A stretch of DNA of 64,000 bases from Desulfomonilia bacterium (GCA_050014195.1 JBEKDT010000001.1:149341-213340); one strand, 5' to 3'; positions 1 to 7,966 are shown, counted from the stretch's first letter. Notes: generated by a model not told the origin, from the letters alone. Numbers and translations: made by a program.

Positions 1-59
1 TGAAGCTGAAATACGTTACTATCAGGAATATTTATGTCTATATATCTATAACAGGGTAA

Positions 60-145
60 TGCCTTGCACTCAATATCCGGATATACTGCAATCGTGCATC
101 AAATATTGGATATGCTGCAAAAGTGCAGTATAGTAATTGTTAGGC
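60..145 (+). other. candidate integron attI site (direct repeats plus simple site ending GTTAGGC)
   Basis: Near-identical direct repeats atatccggatatactgcaa (73-91) and atattggatatgctgcaa (103-120), small inverted repeat ctgcaaaagtgcag (115-128), and a GTTRRRY core GTTAGGC at 139-145. No L''/L' boxes of the array attC family are present. The R'' of the first attC (GCCTAAC, ~1287) is the reverse complement of this core. Confidence 0.4.
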
Positions 146-208
146 TAAGAGGTAATATTTCAAAATGAGCTAGATAAAAAGCAACTTCTAATATGAATGG
201 AGTGATAA

Positions 209-1267
209 ATGAAAATTGAATTTATAAATCATAAATCCTGTATATTATTTGTCTTCATCGTAGCATGTCTTCTTTCACCTAGAATATCTCTGTCAGAATC
301 AGATCTTCCAGACGACAATCTAGCCTACCCGGTACTGTTAATAAGCAAGGAGGGAGGGACAGGAAGTGGCTTTTTCTATAATAAGGATGAAGCTATATAT
401 CTAATAACAGCAAGACACGTTCTATTCAATGAAACGTCTATACGTGTACCAGAAGCAGTTATTGTCCCGAAAAATCTAAGGTGTAAGTTATATTGTATAG
501 AGGATAAAGGGAAAAAAGATAAAAAGGAATTCATACTCACTTTCTATGGTGTCATGTTGGAGAGCGAAAAAAACGAACTTATTAAGGCGACTCCAAAGAC
601 TGATAACTTCAACTTCATTCCAGTTATTGAACGACTTTATAAAGAATCCCAAAAACTTAAACTGAGAAGTACTGAACTTACATTATTCTCATATGATAGA
701 AAGGTTAACAAAGGTGGAATAAACGAATTCGAAGTTCAACTGATGGATCTTTATAATAACGGTCAAATTAAATACCACCCAACACATGATGTTGCTTTTA
801 TTAGAATTGGAATCCCTAAAAAAGTAAAAGGCGAAGATATAATGAAATTGCAGAAAGGAGTAATAAAGAAACAAGGGACAGGGGTGGGTGGCTTAAGTAA
901 AGACAACTTCAAACTTTTTAAGGATGTTATCGTGGGCAACCAAGTGTTCGTTTTTGGTTATCCTACATCAATATCAGGAATAAACCCGTGGCTTGATACT
1001 AAATTACCTTTGCTCAGAAAAGGGACTATCGCTGGAAAAAATGAAAATCTTAATGCAATCATATTGGACTGTCCAGCCTTTCAAGGAAATAGTGGTGGAC
1101 TTGTAATAGAAGTTGAACAAGAATCAATTGATAAAATAAAATATAAAGCAATTGGTTTGATTACAAATTTAGTGCCTTATGCAGGTGCATGGATTCAGAA
1201 TTCGGGTTATTCCATCGTTGTCCCTATGGATTTCGTAGAGGAATTATTAAATGCACAATCTAAATAA
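209..1267 (+). CDS. secreted trypsin-like (S1 chymotrypsin-fold) serine protease; cassette 1, attI-proximal
   Basis: 352-aa ORF with an N-terminal hydrophobic signal-like segment. Catalytic motifs TARHV (His) and GNSGG (Ser; a GDSGG variant) are present. RBS GGAGTGA lies upstream of the ATG. The ORF is ~33% GC. Confidence 0.75.
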   Translation: MKIEFINHKSCILFVFIVACLLSPRISLSESDLPDDNLAYPVLLISKEGGTGSGFFYNKDEAIYLITARHVLFNETSIRVPEAVIVPKNLRCKLYCIEDKGKKDKKEFILTFYGVMLESEKNELIKATPKTDNFNFIPVIERLYKESQKLKLRSTELTLFSYDRKVNKGGINEFEVQLMDLYNNGQIKYHPTHDVAFIRIGIPKKVKGEDIMKLQKGVIKKQGTGVGGLSKDNFKLFKDVIVGNQVFVFGYPTSISGINPWLDTKLPLLRKGTIAGKNENLNAIILDCPAFQGNSGGLVIEVEQESIDKIKYKAIGLITNLVPYAGAWIQNSGYSIVVPMDFVEELLNAQSK

Positions 1268-1286
1268 CAATGTTTTGGCTATCATA

Positions 1287-1343
1287 GCCTAACCATCGCA
1301 TCCACCGGACGGCTAAAGCCGCCGGTGATGCACATCGTTCGCC
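1287..1343 (+). repeat. attC 1
   Basis: R'' GCCTAAC, L'' caccggacgg, L' gccggtgatgc, R' GTTCGCC. R'' equals the revcomp of GTTAGGC at 139-145. Confidence 0.8.
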
Positions 1344-1361
1344 AAATAATCTGAGATTAAA

Positions 1362-2423
1362 ATGAGTACGCCAATAATAACAACATCTGATTCAATTAAA
1401 ATTGCAAGAGGTGTATTCGAGAGATCAAAGTACGAGGTTACTGAAGAATGCATTATAGACCTTTCAAAAAATATAACACTAGTAGAAGAAAAAGGTTTAT
1501 CCAAGTTAAACAATAGGCTGATTGCAGGCGGTAGACATATCCAGGATACACTAGTCGAGCATAATTATGCTGCCACAATATTACCTATTCTTGGACCTGA
1601 GGCATCTATCGAATATGAACCCGAGGGTTTACATCGACCTCCAGACTTTAAAATAGTTAGGGAAGGCATTACTTATTGGATTCAAATAAAAAATTTATCA
1701 ATATTGGAAAGAGAGAATCGGCAAGATAAGATTCTCCAAGAAATTGAGAGACAGATAAGAGAAATCGAAGTCGGGATGTTCCTTGGATGCCAACTCAATG
1801 ATGACTTTTCTAGAGATGATATCGAATCACTTTTAACTTTTGTTAGGAGTATTATTAATGAAGCTAATATAGGGCAAGCGTACTTCTTTCCAAATGAGTC
1901 AACACCCAAAGCAAAAATAGAATTCTGGCTTCCAAATAAATTACAATTATCTCATCTCACCTTGGGCATATCCGGTGACATTGATATTGTTGAACAGACA
2001 GGGCTTGCTCAAGAACAAATAAAAAACAGTATCGTTAATGCAGCAGGTGCTTTTAAATGGATTTCTGATGAAAAAACTATCAATCTCATAGCCATGGACT
2101 GTGGCCGATATGATGATATTGATATTTGTGATGCATTATTTGGAACAGAATATGATGAAATATCTCAGAGCGGTAGACATTGTTGGTGTCGAAAAGAAAA
2201 TGGTTTATTTAAAAAATCCCCGTATGATGAAACAGTATTCGGTGTGATTTCACTTAGGAAAAAAGATAAGTGGGCCCCTATTATTAGCACATATACAATG
2301 TCCTTTTTCTTGAATGATACTTATAAAGATTCTCTTGATTGTGTAACGAGCCTTTTCCCTTTCGTGATAATTGTTCAATATAATATGAGACCCCCTATAG
2401 GCCATGCCAATTTCATAATCTAA
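1362..2423 (+). CDS. hypothetical protein (possible PD-(D/E)xK-like core EYEPEG..PDFKI..IQIK); cassette 2
   Basis: 353-aa ORF filling the cassette between attC1 and attC2. It is AT-rich like cassette 1. No recognisable family; the nuclease-like motif is a weak visual match only. Confidence 0.6.
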   Translation: MSTPIITTSDSIKIARGVFERSKYEVTEECIIDLSKNITLVEEKGLSKLNNRLIAGGRHIQDTLVEHNYAATILPILGPEASIEYEPEGLHRPPDFKIVREGITYWIQIKNLSILERENRQDKILQEIERQIREIEVGMFLGCQLNDDFSRDDIESLLTFVRSIINEANIGQAYFFPNESTPKAKIEFWLPNKLQLSHLTLGISGDIDIVEQTGLAQEQIKNSIVNAAGAFKWISDEKTINLIAMDCGRYDDIDICDALFGTEYDEISQSGRHCWCRKENGLFKKSPYDETVFGVISLRKKDKWAPIISTYTMSFFLNDTYKDSLDCVTSLFPFVIIVQYNMRPPIGHANFII

Positions 2424-2454
2424 AAAATGGAATAAGATATTGGGGGAGAATAAA

Positions 2455-2514
2455 GGCGAACAAATCATTTCAGCGGACGCGGCGGGGCCGCGCCGCTGAT
2501 GCCCGCCGTTCGGT
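2455..2514 (+). repeat. attC 2
   Basis: R'' GGCGAAC (revcomp of the upstream R' GTTCGCC), L'' cagcggacg, L' gccgctgatgc, R' GTTCGGT. Confidence 0.85.
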
Positions 2515-2522
2515 GACAAGAT

Positions 2523-3584
2523 ATGATGAAATTGATTGATCTAGGTTTTGATCCCTGGTTTGAAGCACATGTCGATGACATGCGCCGAGAGGATCAAGGA
2601 ATTGCACGTGTGTCAGCAGTTGACCGCAACTCGTACATTATCAGGAATGAGATCAGAGAGATCCCAGCTGAACTTGCAGGGAAGTTCTATTTCCATGTTG
2701 AGTCCTCGATTGAGCTGCCATGTGTCGGCGATTGGGTCACCGTGCAGTATCATAATGATGACACCTCGGCAATCATCCATGGGATTTTTCCACGAAGGAC
2801 GTTTTTACGCCGCAAACGTGCCGGCGTAGAAGTGGACTACCAGATGATTGCAGCCAACATTGACATCGCTTTCATTGTCCAGTCATGTCACTTTGACTTT
2901 AATCTACCTAGACTGAATCGGTATTTAGTAATGGCAGCTGACGGACATGTTGAGCCGATTGTCATTCTTGCCAAGACGGACTTGATCTCCCACGATGAGC
3001 TGCAACAGAAGCTTGCGGCTATTAGACAGGCTGGCATCACGACGAGAGTTATTGCTCTCAGTAACATAACCGGCTCCGGGTTTGACGAATTCCAGCAGGT
3101 ATTAATGTCGGGGCGCACATATTGCCTGCTCGGGTCATCCGGAGTCGGCAAGACTACACTGATCAACCATCTGATTGGACGAGATGATCTTGATACTAAA
3201 GCTGTCAGTGGAACAGGAGAAGGCACACACACAACAGCGCGTCGGCAACTCATTGTTCTTGATAAAGGCATGATGTTCATTGATACACCTGGAATGAGAG
3301 AATTAGGCCTTCTGGGCGCCAGTGAGGGAGTAAACAAAGGGTTTGAAGATATTATTGAGCTTTCCATGACTTGTCGCTATGCCGATTGCAGCCATACTCA
3401 GGAATCAGACTGCGCAGTTCTTACTGCAATTACAAACGGCGAGTTGAGTGAAGAGCGCTATTCTAGTTATTTGAAACTCAGGAAAGAGTCAGAGCACTAT
3501 GAGATGTCGTACTTGGACAAACGTAAAAAGGACAGGGCATTCGGACGCTTCGTTAAGACAGCAAAGAAGAATATGAAAAAATGA
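2523..3584 (+). CDS. RsgA/YjeQ-family circularly permuted ribosome-biogenesis GTPase paralog; cassette 3
   Basis: N-terminal OB-like segment, then G4 (LAKTDL; AKTD in place of NKxD), G1 (GSSGVGKTTLIN) and G3 (DTPG) in permuted order. C-terminal zinc-finger motif CRYADCSHTQESDC. Bounded by attC2 and attC3. Confidence 0.8.
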   Translation: MMKLIDLGFDPWFEAHVDDMRREDQGIARVSAVDRNSYIIRNEIREIPAELAGKFYFHVESSIELPCVGDWVTVQYHNDDTSAIIHGIFPRRTFLRRKRAGVEVDYQMIAANIDIAFIVQSCHFDFNLPRLNRYLVMAADGHVEPIVILAKTDLISHDELQQKLAAIRQAGITTRVIALSNITGSGFDEFQQVLMSGRTYCLLGSSGVGKTTLINHLIGRDDLDTKAVSGTGEGTHTTARRQLIVLDKGMMFIDTPGMRELGLLGASEGVNKGFEDIIELSMTCRYADCSHTQESDCAVLTAITNGELSEERYSSYLKLRKESEHYEMSYLDKRKKDRAFGRFVKTAKKNMKK

Positions 3585-3593
3585 ATGCCGTGC

Positions 3594-3652
3594 ACCGAAC
3601 AATCGGCTCCAGCGGACGCGGTGAAACGCGCCGCTGACCCATGCCGTTCGGC
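3594..3652 (+). repeat. attC 3
   Basis: R'' ACCGAAC (revcomp of GTTCGGT), L'' cagcggacg, L' gccgctgac, R' GTTCGGC. Confidence 0.85.
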
Positions 3653-3668
3653 AGGTGAGGCGCTTATA

Positions 3669-4640
3669 ATGGCACCACGCAAAGAAGACATCCCGGAATG
3701 GCGTCAGTTCGAGCAATTAGTGGCCAGAATCGAGGCTGATGCTGGTCCTCTCGGTTTGATCGTGACTTCTCCTGATCGCATAAAGTGCAGGACCACTGGA
3801 CGCTTACGCGAGGTCGATGCAAGTGTGCGAACACAGATAGGGACATCGAGCATTCTGATCACGATTGAATGCCGGAAACGTCGAGTAAAGCAAGACGTTA
3901 CTTGGATTGAGCAACTTTCGACCAAAAAACATGCGATCGGGGCTGCCCGCACTATTGCCGTTAGTTCCTCCGGGTTTTCTCAGGAAGCTGAAGCAGCGGC
4001 CCTCCAGCACGGCATAGATCTGCGACGATTATCCGATGTATCCGCCGCAGAGATAAACGAACTAATAAGGCTAGATTTCGTTTTATTTACACACAAAAGA
4101 TGCGCCCTGGCTCGTGTTGGCCTCCGACTTTTCCGGTCTTTGGACTGGACGGTGCCCGATCCAGAAAACGTAGACCTTATTTTACCGCCAAGCACGGACC
4201 CGTTTGCCACTATCTTCAGGAATACGGAGACAGGAGCGACTTGGTCGCTCAATGACCTATGGCTGCAATTGCAAGAAGTAACTAATCCGTTTGCCGATGT
4301 CGAGAAGGGCTGCGCTCCAGTTATCAAAACTGCTTGTTTTCCTTTTCCTGGCAATGTCATCGTGAACACTCCAGACGGGCAGAAAAAGATTGGAGATGTG
4401 TTGCTTAGCGTGGCGCTGTCGCTTGAAGTGGAGCAAGTTGATCTGGAATCCGCCAAGAAAGTTGAATATACGTCTCCAGATGGTGCCGCGATCCAACGAG
4501 TGGAGTTTGCCTCTCGTGAACCCGGCGCAGAGGATTGGCATCTTTCGCTACAGATTCCCAAGGATTCAGTGGATATAAGCCAGCTCAGAACAGGAGGGAA
4601 CTGGCCAGTAACAAAGCAAACTGATCAAAAGGGCCACTGA
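3669..4640 (+). CDS. Mrr-like restriction-endonuclease-fold (PD-(D/E)xK) protein with an uncharacterised C-terminal domain; cassette 4
   Basis: N-terminal motif W..FEQLVARI...G......SPD......T......D...R......ILITIECRKR resembles the Mrr_cat nuclease core. RBS GGTGAGG precedes the ATG at 3669. The track ORF start at 3585 lies inside attC3 and is rejected. Confidence 0.6.
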   Translation: MAPRKEDIPEWRQFEQLVARIEADAGPLGLIVTSPDRIKCRTTGRLREVDASVRTQIGTSSILITIECRKRRVKQDVTWIEQLSTKKHAIGAARTIAVSSSGFSQEAEAAALQHGIDLRRLSDVSAAEINELIRLDFVLFTHKRCALARVGLRLFRSLDWTVPDPENVDLILPPSTDPFATIFRNTETGATWSLNDLWLQLQEVTNPFADVEKGCAPVIKTACFPFPGNVIVNTPDGQKKIGDVLLSVALSLEVEQVDLESAKKVEYTSPDGAAIQRVEFASREPGAEDWHLSLQIPKDSVDISQLRTGGNWPVTKQTDQKGH

Positions 4641-4684
4641 GTCGGTGGGTTCAATCTGCCAACTGCGCGTGCTGATAGCGATAA

Positions 4685-4743
4685 GCCGAACCAGTAAATT
4701 CAGCGGACGCAAAAAGCCGCGCCGCTGATGCCCACCGTTCGGT
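4685..4743 (+). repeat. attC 4
   Basis: R'' GCCGAAC (revcomp of GTTCGGC), L'' cagcggacg, L' gccgctgatgc, R' GTTCGGT. Confidence 0.85.
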
Positions 4744-4764
4744 GTCTAAGGAGGAGGCGTAATA

Positions 4765-5013
4765 ATGAATGGGAATAAAGGTGACCACCCATTAACAGAT
4801 ATCCTTATCCATAATATTGAAGTCTATGGCAAAGAAGCAGATGATCTGATTCGTAAGATTAGTTCCTTATCAAGCAGGAGAGAACTAGATGAGTGGTGGG
4901 AAAAGGAAATTAACTGGTCATCAGATAAAACACTAGCCTTACAGAAATCTCAATTGAGATACGAAGAACTTCTTGATCGAGCAAGAAAAAGTGGATGGGA
5001 AATTGATGAGTAA
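4765..5013 (+). CDS. hypothetical 82-aa protein; cassette 5
   Basis: Strong RBS AAGGAGGAGG. The ORF fills the cassette between attC4 and attC5. Confidence 0.6.
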   Translation: MNGNKGDHPLTDILIHNIEVYGKEADDLIRKISSLSSRRELDEWWEKEINWSSDKTLALQKSQLRYEELLDRARKSGWEIDE

Positions 5014-5015
5014 TC

Positions 5016-5109
5016 ACCGAACAAGCAAATCCAGCGGACCACTGGGGCCGTTTGTCCTTGCTGATTCAACGCTCACCTGCCCCAGTGGCCGCTGATCCGC
5101 ACGTTAGCC
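5016..5109 (+). repeat. attC 5 (long variant, ~94 bp)
   Basis: R'' ACCGAAC, extended stem ccagcggaccactgggg / ccccagtggccgctgat, R' GTTAGCC. Confidence 0.8.
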
Positions 5110-5116
5110 AGGAGAA

Positions 5117-5998
5117 GTGATGAATTATTTCTCATACAATACTGATGGTGGGCAACGTAGGTTCGATGTCCTAATCAAAAAAGGACTAGCTGCAACTAGT
5201 GGAGATGAGAAGTTTGGTAAACAACTTGGCAAGCTTAATATAGATGACATTCTTCTCATGTATGAGGATGGATTAGGAATTGTTGCCATCGGAGAAGTTC
5301 AAGAAGAATGGGACGGGAAACCTTATAGTAAACCCATATACTATATTCCCGGTAAAGAGTTTCCCGAAGGTGCAAATGAATATAGAATAAAGGTCAAATG
5401 GTTTCTAAATATCTCTGATTCTCCATTGAGCGTTAAGGAACTAAAAGAGCGTATTGGTTACATTCCACGTGGTGCAGTAACACCATTCATTAAATGGAGG
5501 TATGAGATTGAAAAAATTATTGCTGAACTTAGAGCTCGCAACCCAGAAACTGTTCAAGATGCTATTGATGATCTTGAATCTCATAAAAGAGAGTTTAAGT
5601 TACTCGATAAAACTGAGCAAGAGTCAATTATCAAAAGCCGAATTGGCCAAGGGATATTTCGAGAAGAGCTTATCAAAATCTGGGGTAGCTGTTCTGTAAC
5701 CGGGCTAACCAATCTTTCTCTGTTGCGGGCTTCTCATATAAAACCATGGCGGGAGTGCTCTAATCAGGAACGCTTAGATCCGATGAACGGACTTTTACTG
5801 CATCCTACTTTGGATCATTTGTTTGATTCTGGATTTGTCACATTTGATGCTGATGGGAAAATCCTTATATCAAGGAAGTTATCGGAAAAAGATGTTGAGA
5901 TCCTGCATATTGACCAAAATAGTTATTTGAGGATAATGCCACGAAGGTTAAAGAACTACATGCAGTATCATCGAAAGAATGTTTTTAAACCTGGCTAA
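5117..5998 (+). CDS. HNH (HNH_2-type) endonuclease fused to an N-terminal EVE/PUA-like putative modified-base-binding domain; cassette 6
   Basis: C-terminal motif LLRASHIKPW...NGLLLHPTLDHLFDSGFVTF is typical of the HNH_2 nuclease family. The N-terminal ~140 aa (DDILLMYEDGLGIVAIGEV ... YRIKVKW) has an EVE-like pattern. RBS GGAGAAG. Confidence 0.65.
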   Translation: MMNYFSYNTDGGQRRFDVLIKKGLAATSGDEKFGKQLGKLNIDDILLMYEDGLGIVAIGEVQEEWDGKPYSKPIYYIPGKEFPEGANEYRIKVKWFLNISDSPLSVKELKERIGYIPRGAVTPFIKWRYEIEKIIAELRARNPETVQDAIDDLESHKREFKLLDKTEQESIIKSRIGQGIFREELIKIWGSCSVTGLTNLSLLRASHIKPWRECSNQERLDPMNGLLLHPTLDHLFDSGFVTFDADGKILISRKLSEKDVEILHIDQNSYLRIMPRRLKNYMQYHRKNVFKPG

Positions 5999-6049
5999 CC
6001 AGCCACTTCAGCCGACGGGCTACGCCCGCGGCTGACCGGCACGTTGGGC
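5993..6049 (+). repeat. attC 6
   Basis: R'' GGCTAAC (revcomp of GTTAGCC), L'' cagccgacgg, L' gcggctgac, R' GTTGGGC. Confidence 0.8.
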
Positions 6050-6101
6050 ATAGAATCTGCGGGGACCACCGTTTCCTCGCTTTTTCAAAGGAGAATTCAA
6101 T

Positions 6102-6416
6102 ATGCGTTGGAATCATTACGTCTCTTACTTTTTTGGCGGAGCCTTTCTCACAAATGCGATCCCGCATTTTGTGAGCGGCGTTACAGGGCACCCTTTCCAA
6201 AGCCCTTTTGCCTCTCCCCCGGGGCAAGGGCTCTCTTCCGCCGTGGTGAATGTGCTTTGGGGCTCGCTCAACCTTGTTATCGGCTACTTGCTCGTATGCC
6301 GCATTGGACAATTTGAGTTGCGTCGGACAAGGCATGTTCTCATTGCGGGATTGGGGGGCCTACTCATGGCCGTGATGCTTGCGCATGTATTTGGTCGCTT
6401 CTATGGGGGGCTCTGA
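6102..6416 (+). CDS. small integral membrane protein (104 aa); cassette 7
   Basis: Three hydrophobic segments. RBS AAAGGAGAA. Confidence 0.6.
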   Translation: MRWNHYVSYFFGGAFLTNAIPHFVSGVTGHPFQSPFASPPGQGLSSAVVNVLWGSLNLVIGYLLVCRIGQFELRRTRHVLIAGLGGLLMAVMLAHVFGRFYGGL

Positions 6417-6433
6417 AATATGGGAAACGATTT

Positions 6434-6496
6434 GCCCAACAATTCATTCCAGCGGACGGGCCACACGGTGGCCCGCCGCTGAATTTGTCGTTGGGC
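6434..6496 (+). repeat. attC 7
   Basis: R'' GCCCAAC (revcomp of GTTGGGC), L'' cagcggacgg, L' gccgctgaa, R' GTTGGGC. Confidence 0.85.
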
Positions 6497-6532
6497 ATAA
6501 TACGTAATTTATGATTCTTAGGGAGAACTATC

Positions 6533-7333
6533 ATGAAAGTTCTAGCGCTCAATGGAAGTCTTCGGGGTGACAGGGGAGCTACAGGTAAGATTCTTCAGAG
6601 TATGGGTGCGGGCGTCGAGAGGGCAGGTGGAATTTGGAATGTGGTTCATCTTTCGGAACTAAAGATTGAAACTTGCCGCGCATGCAATCACTGTCAGAGA
6701 ACAAAAACTTATAAATGTATCTTTGACGGTAAAGACGACGCCGAAGAGATCTTCAACAAGATGAGGGGTACGGATATTCTGATTTATGCATCTCCCGTTT
6801 ATGTGTTTGGTGTGTCAAGTCTTCTCAAACGTTTTCTTGAGAGAATTCATTCTCGCGCTCCTGTTGCGGAGATTCTATTAACGAAATCCGGATTATTCTT
6901 TCATGCCACAGATCAATCACTTTCAGGCAAACCTTTCATTTCCATAGTAGTGTGCGACAATATTGAAAATCTCACAGTTCGCAATACGAAAGAGTACTTC
7001 CGAATTTTTGGACGCTTCATGGACGCGCCACATGTGGCACATATGGAACGTCGGAGTGCGGCGGCATGGATGGCCGCACTGGAAGGAACCGGCAAACAGG
7101 CGAAAAATAATGCAGAGAACGTTCTGGCTGCCTATGTACGCGTGGGAGAGGAATTGGTGTTAAAAGGAAGCATCTCGAGAAAATCGAAGAAAATTACAGA
7201 GCGGCCTTTCATAAAAATTCCACTTCCGGTGCGTATGGGACGGCACATTCCAGCATTCAAACCTTTTATTGAAAAGGAAGTTCGCAGACGGTCGAGTAAA
7301 ATAAGCAGCATGATTGGAGTAAAAGGAGAGTAA
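6533..7333 (+). CDS. iron-sulfur flavoprotein (Isf-like, NADPH-dependent FMN reductase fold); cassette 8
   Basis: MKVLALNGSLRGD N-terminus of the flavodoxin-like reductase family, plus the compact Cys motif CRACNHCx7C. RBS AGGGAGAA. Confidence 0.65.
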   Translation: MKVLALNGSLRGDRGATGKILQSMGAGVERAGGIWNVVHLSELKIETCRACNHCQRTKTYKCIFDGKDDAEEIFNKMRGTDILIYASPVYVFGVSSLLKRFLERIHSRAPVAEILLTKSGLFFHATDQSLSGKPFISIVVCDNIENLTVRNTKEYFRIFGRFMDAPHVAHMERRSAAAWMAALEGTGKQAKNNAENVLAAYVRVGEELVLKGSISRKSKKITERPFIKIPLPVRMGRHIPAFKPFIEKEVRRRSSKISSMIGVKGE

Positions 7334-7358
7334 ATGTGGACGGTTCTACCAGTGGCTG

Positions 7359-7421
7359 GCCGAACCAGTCAATCTAGCTGACCCGGCGCAAGCGCCGGGC
7401 AGTTGATCTCCGCCGTTATGC
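7359..7421 (+). repeat. attC 8
   Basis: R'' GCCGAAC (one mismatch to revcomp of GTTGGGC), L'' tagctgacccggcgc, L' gcgccgggcagttgatc, R' GTTATGC. Confidence 0.75.
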
Positions 7422-7446
7422 ACCTCCAGTTTCAATATTTCGAGCA

Positions 7447-7475
7447 TTGTTAATAATGACAGTTAAGGCTATATT
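7447..7475 (+). promoter_or_regulatory. cassette-internal sigma70-like promoter for brnTA
   Basis: TTGTTA, 17-bp spacer, TATATT, located ~20 bp upstream of the BrnT start. Confidence 0.45.
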
Positions 7476-7494
7476 AAATGTGAAATGAGGAAGC

Positions 7495-7776
7495 ATGCTT
7501 ATTTTTGAGTGGGACCCAGAGAAAGCAAAAAGTAACTTAAAGAATCACAGGGTGTCCTTCGATGAAGCGAGTACTGTTTTCAGCGATACTATGTCTTTGA
7601 CAATTCATGATCCTCTCCATTCAGATGAAGAAGATAGATTTGTCATTATCGGGAATTCATACAAGAACCGTCTTGTACTGGTTGTTCATGTCGAGAGGGG
7701 CAACAGAATAAGGATTATCAACGCAAGGAAAGCGACAAGGAAGGAAAAGAAACAATATGAAGAGAATGAAAACTGA
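7495..7776 (+). CDS. brnT: BrnT-family (DUF497) type II toxin ribonuclease; cassette 9
   Basis: MLIFEWDPEKAKSNLKNHRVSFDEASTVF...RIINARKATRKEKK matches the BrnT signature. It overlaps the downstream antitoxin ORF. Confidence 0.8.
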   Translation: MLIFEWDPEKAKSNLKNHRVSFDEASTVFSDTMSLTIHDPLHSDEEDRFVIIGNSYKNRLVLVVHVERGNRIRIINARKATRKEKKQYEENEN

Positions 7777-7966
7777 TCCAGAGATGTTGGAAGAATATGA
7801 TTTCAGCAAAGGTATCAGGGGAAAATATGCACAAAAGTATTCAGAAGGAACAAACGTTGTTGTAATTGAACCTGATGTTTCAAAGTTTTTCCCTGATCAT
7901 GATTCTGTAAATCAAGCTCTCAGGTCTTTAGCTGACATCATCAAAGGGCAGAAAAAAACTGCATAA
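7757..7966 (+). CDS. brnA: BrnA-family antitoxin; cassette 9
   Basis: EYDFSKGIRGKYA motif of BrnA antitoxins. A 20-nt overlap with brnT gives the toxin-first operon typical of BrnTA. Confidence 0.7.
   Translation: MKRMKTDPEMLEEYDFSKGIRGKYAQKYSEGTNVVVIEPDVSKFFPDHDSVNQALRSLADIIKGQKKTA

Noticed and set aside
43-60. tatctataacagggtaat resembles the I-SceI homing-endonuclease recognition sequence TAGGGATAACAGGGTAAT (15 of 18 positions)
   Set aside because: Three central mismatches. No homing endonuclease or intron context. Most likely chance similarity in AT-rich DNA.
2548-2829. 93-aa alternative-frame ORF inside the RsgA-like gene; similar nested or antisense ORFs inside dnaE (41793-42509), the hybrid kinase (21140-22195) and rpsA
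   Set aside because: They overlap well-supported conserved genes in another frame or on the opposite strand, and have no RBS or family signal. Treated as spurious.
3585-3668. ORF-track start at 3585 for cassette 4, and likewise 8003 for cassette 10
   Set aside because: Those upstream extensions run through the attC hairpins. Good RBSs precede the internal ATGs at 3669 and 8111.
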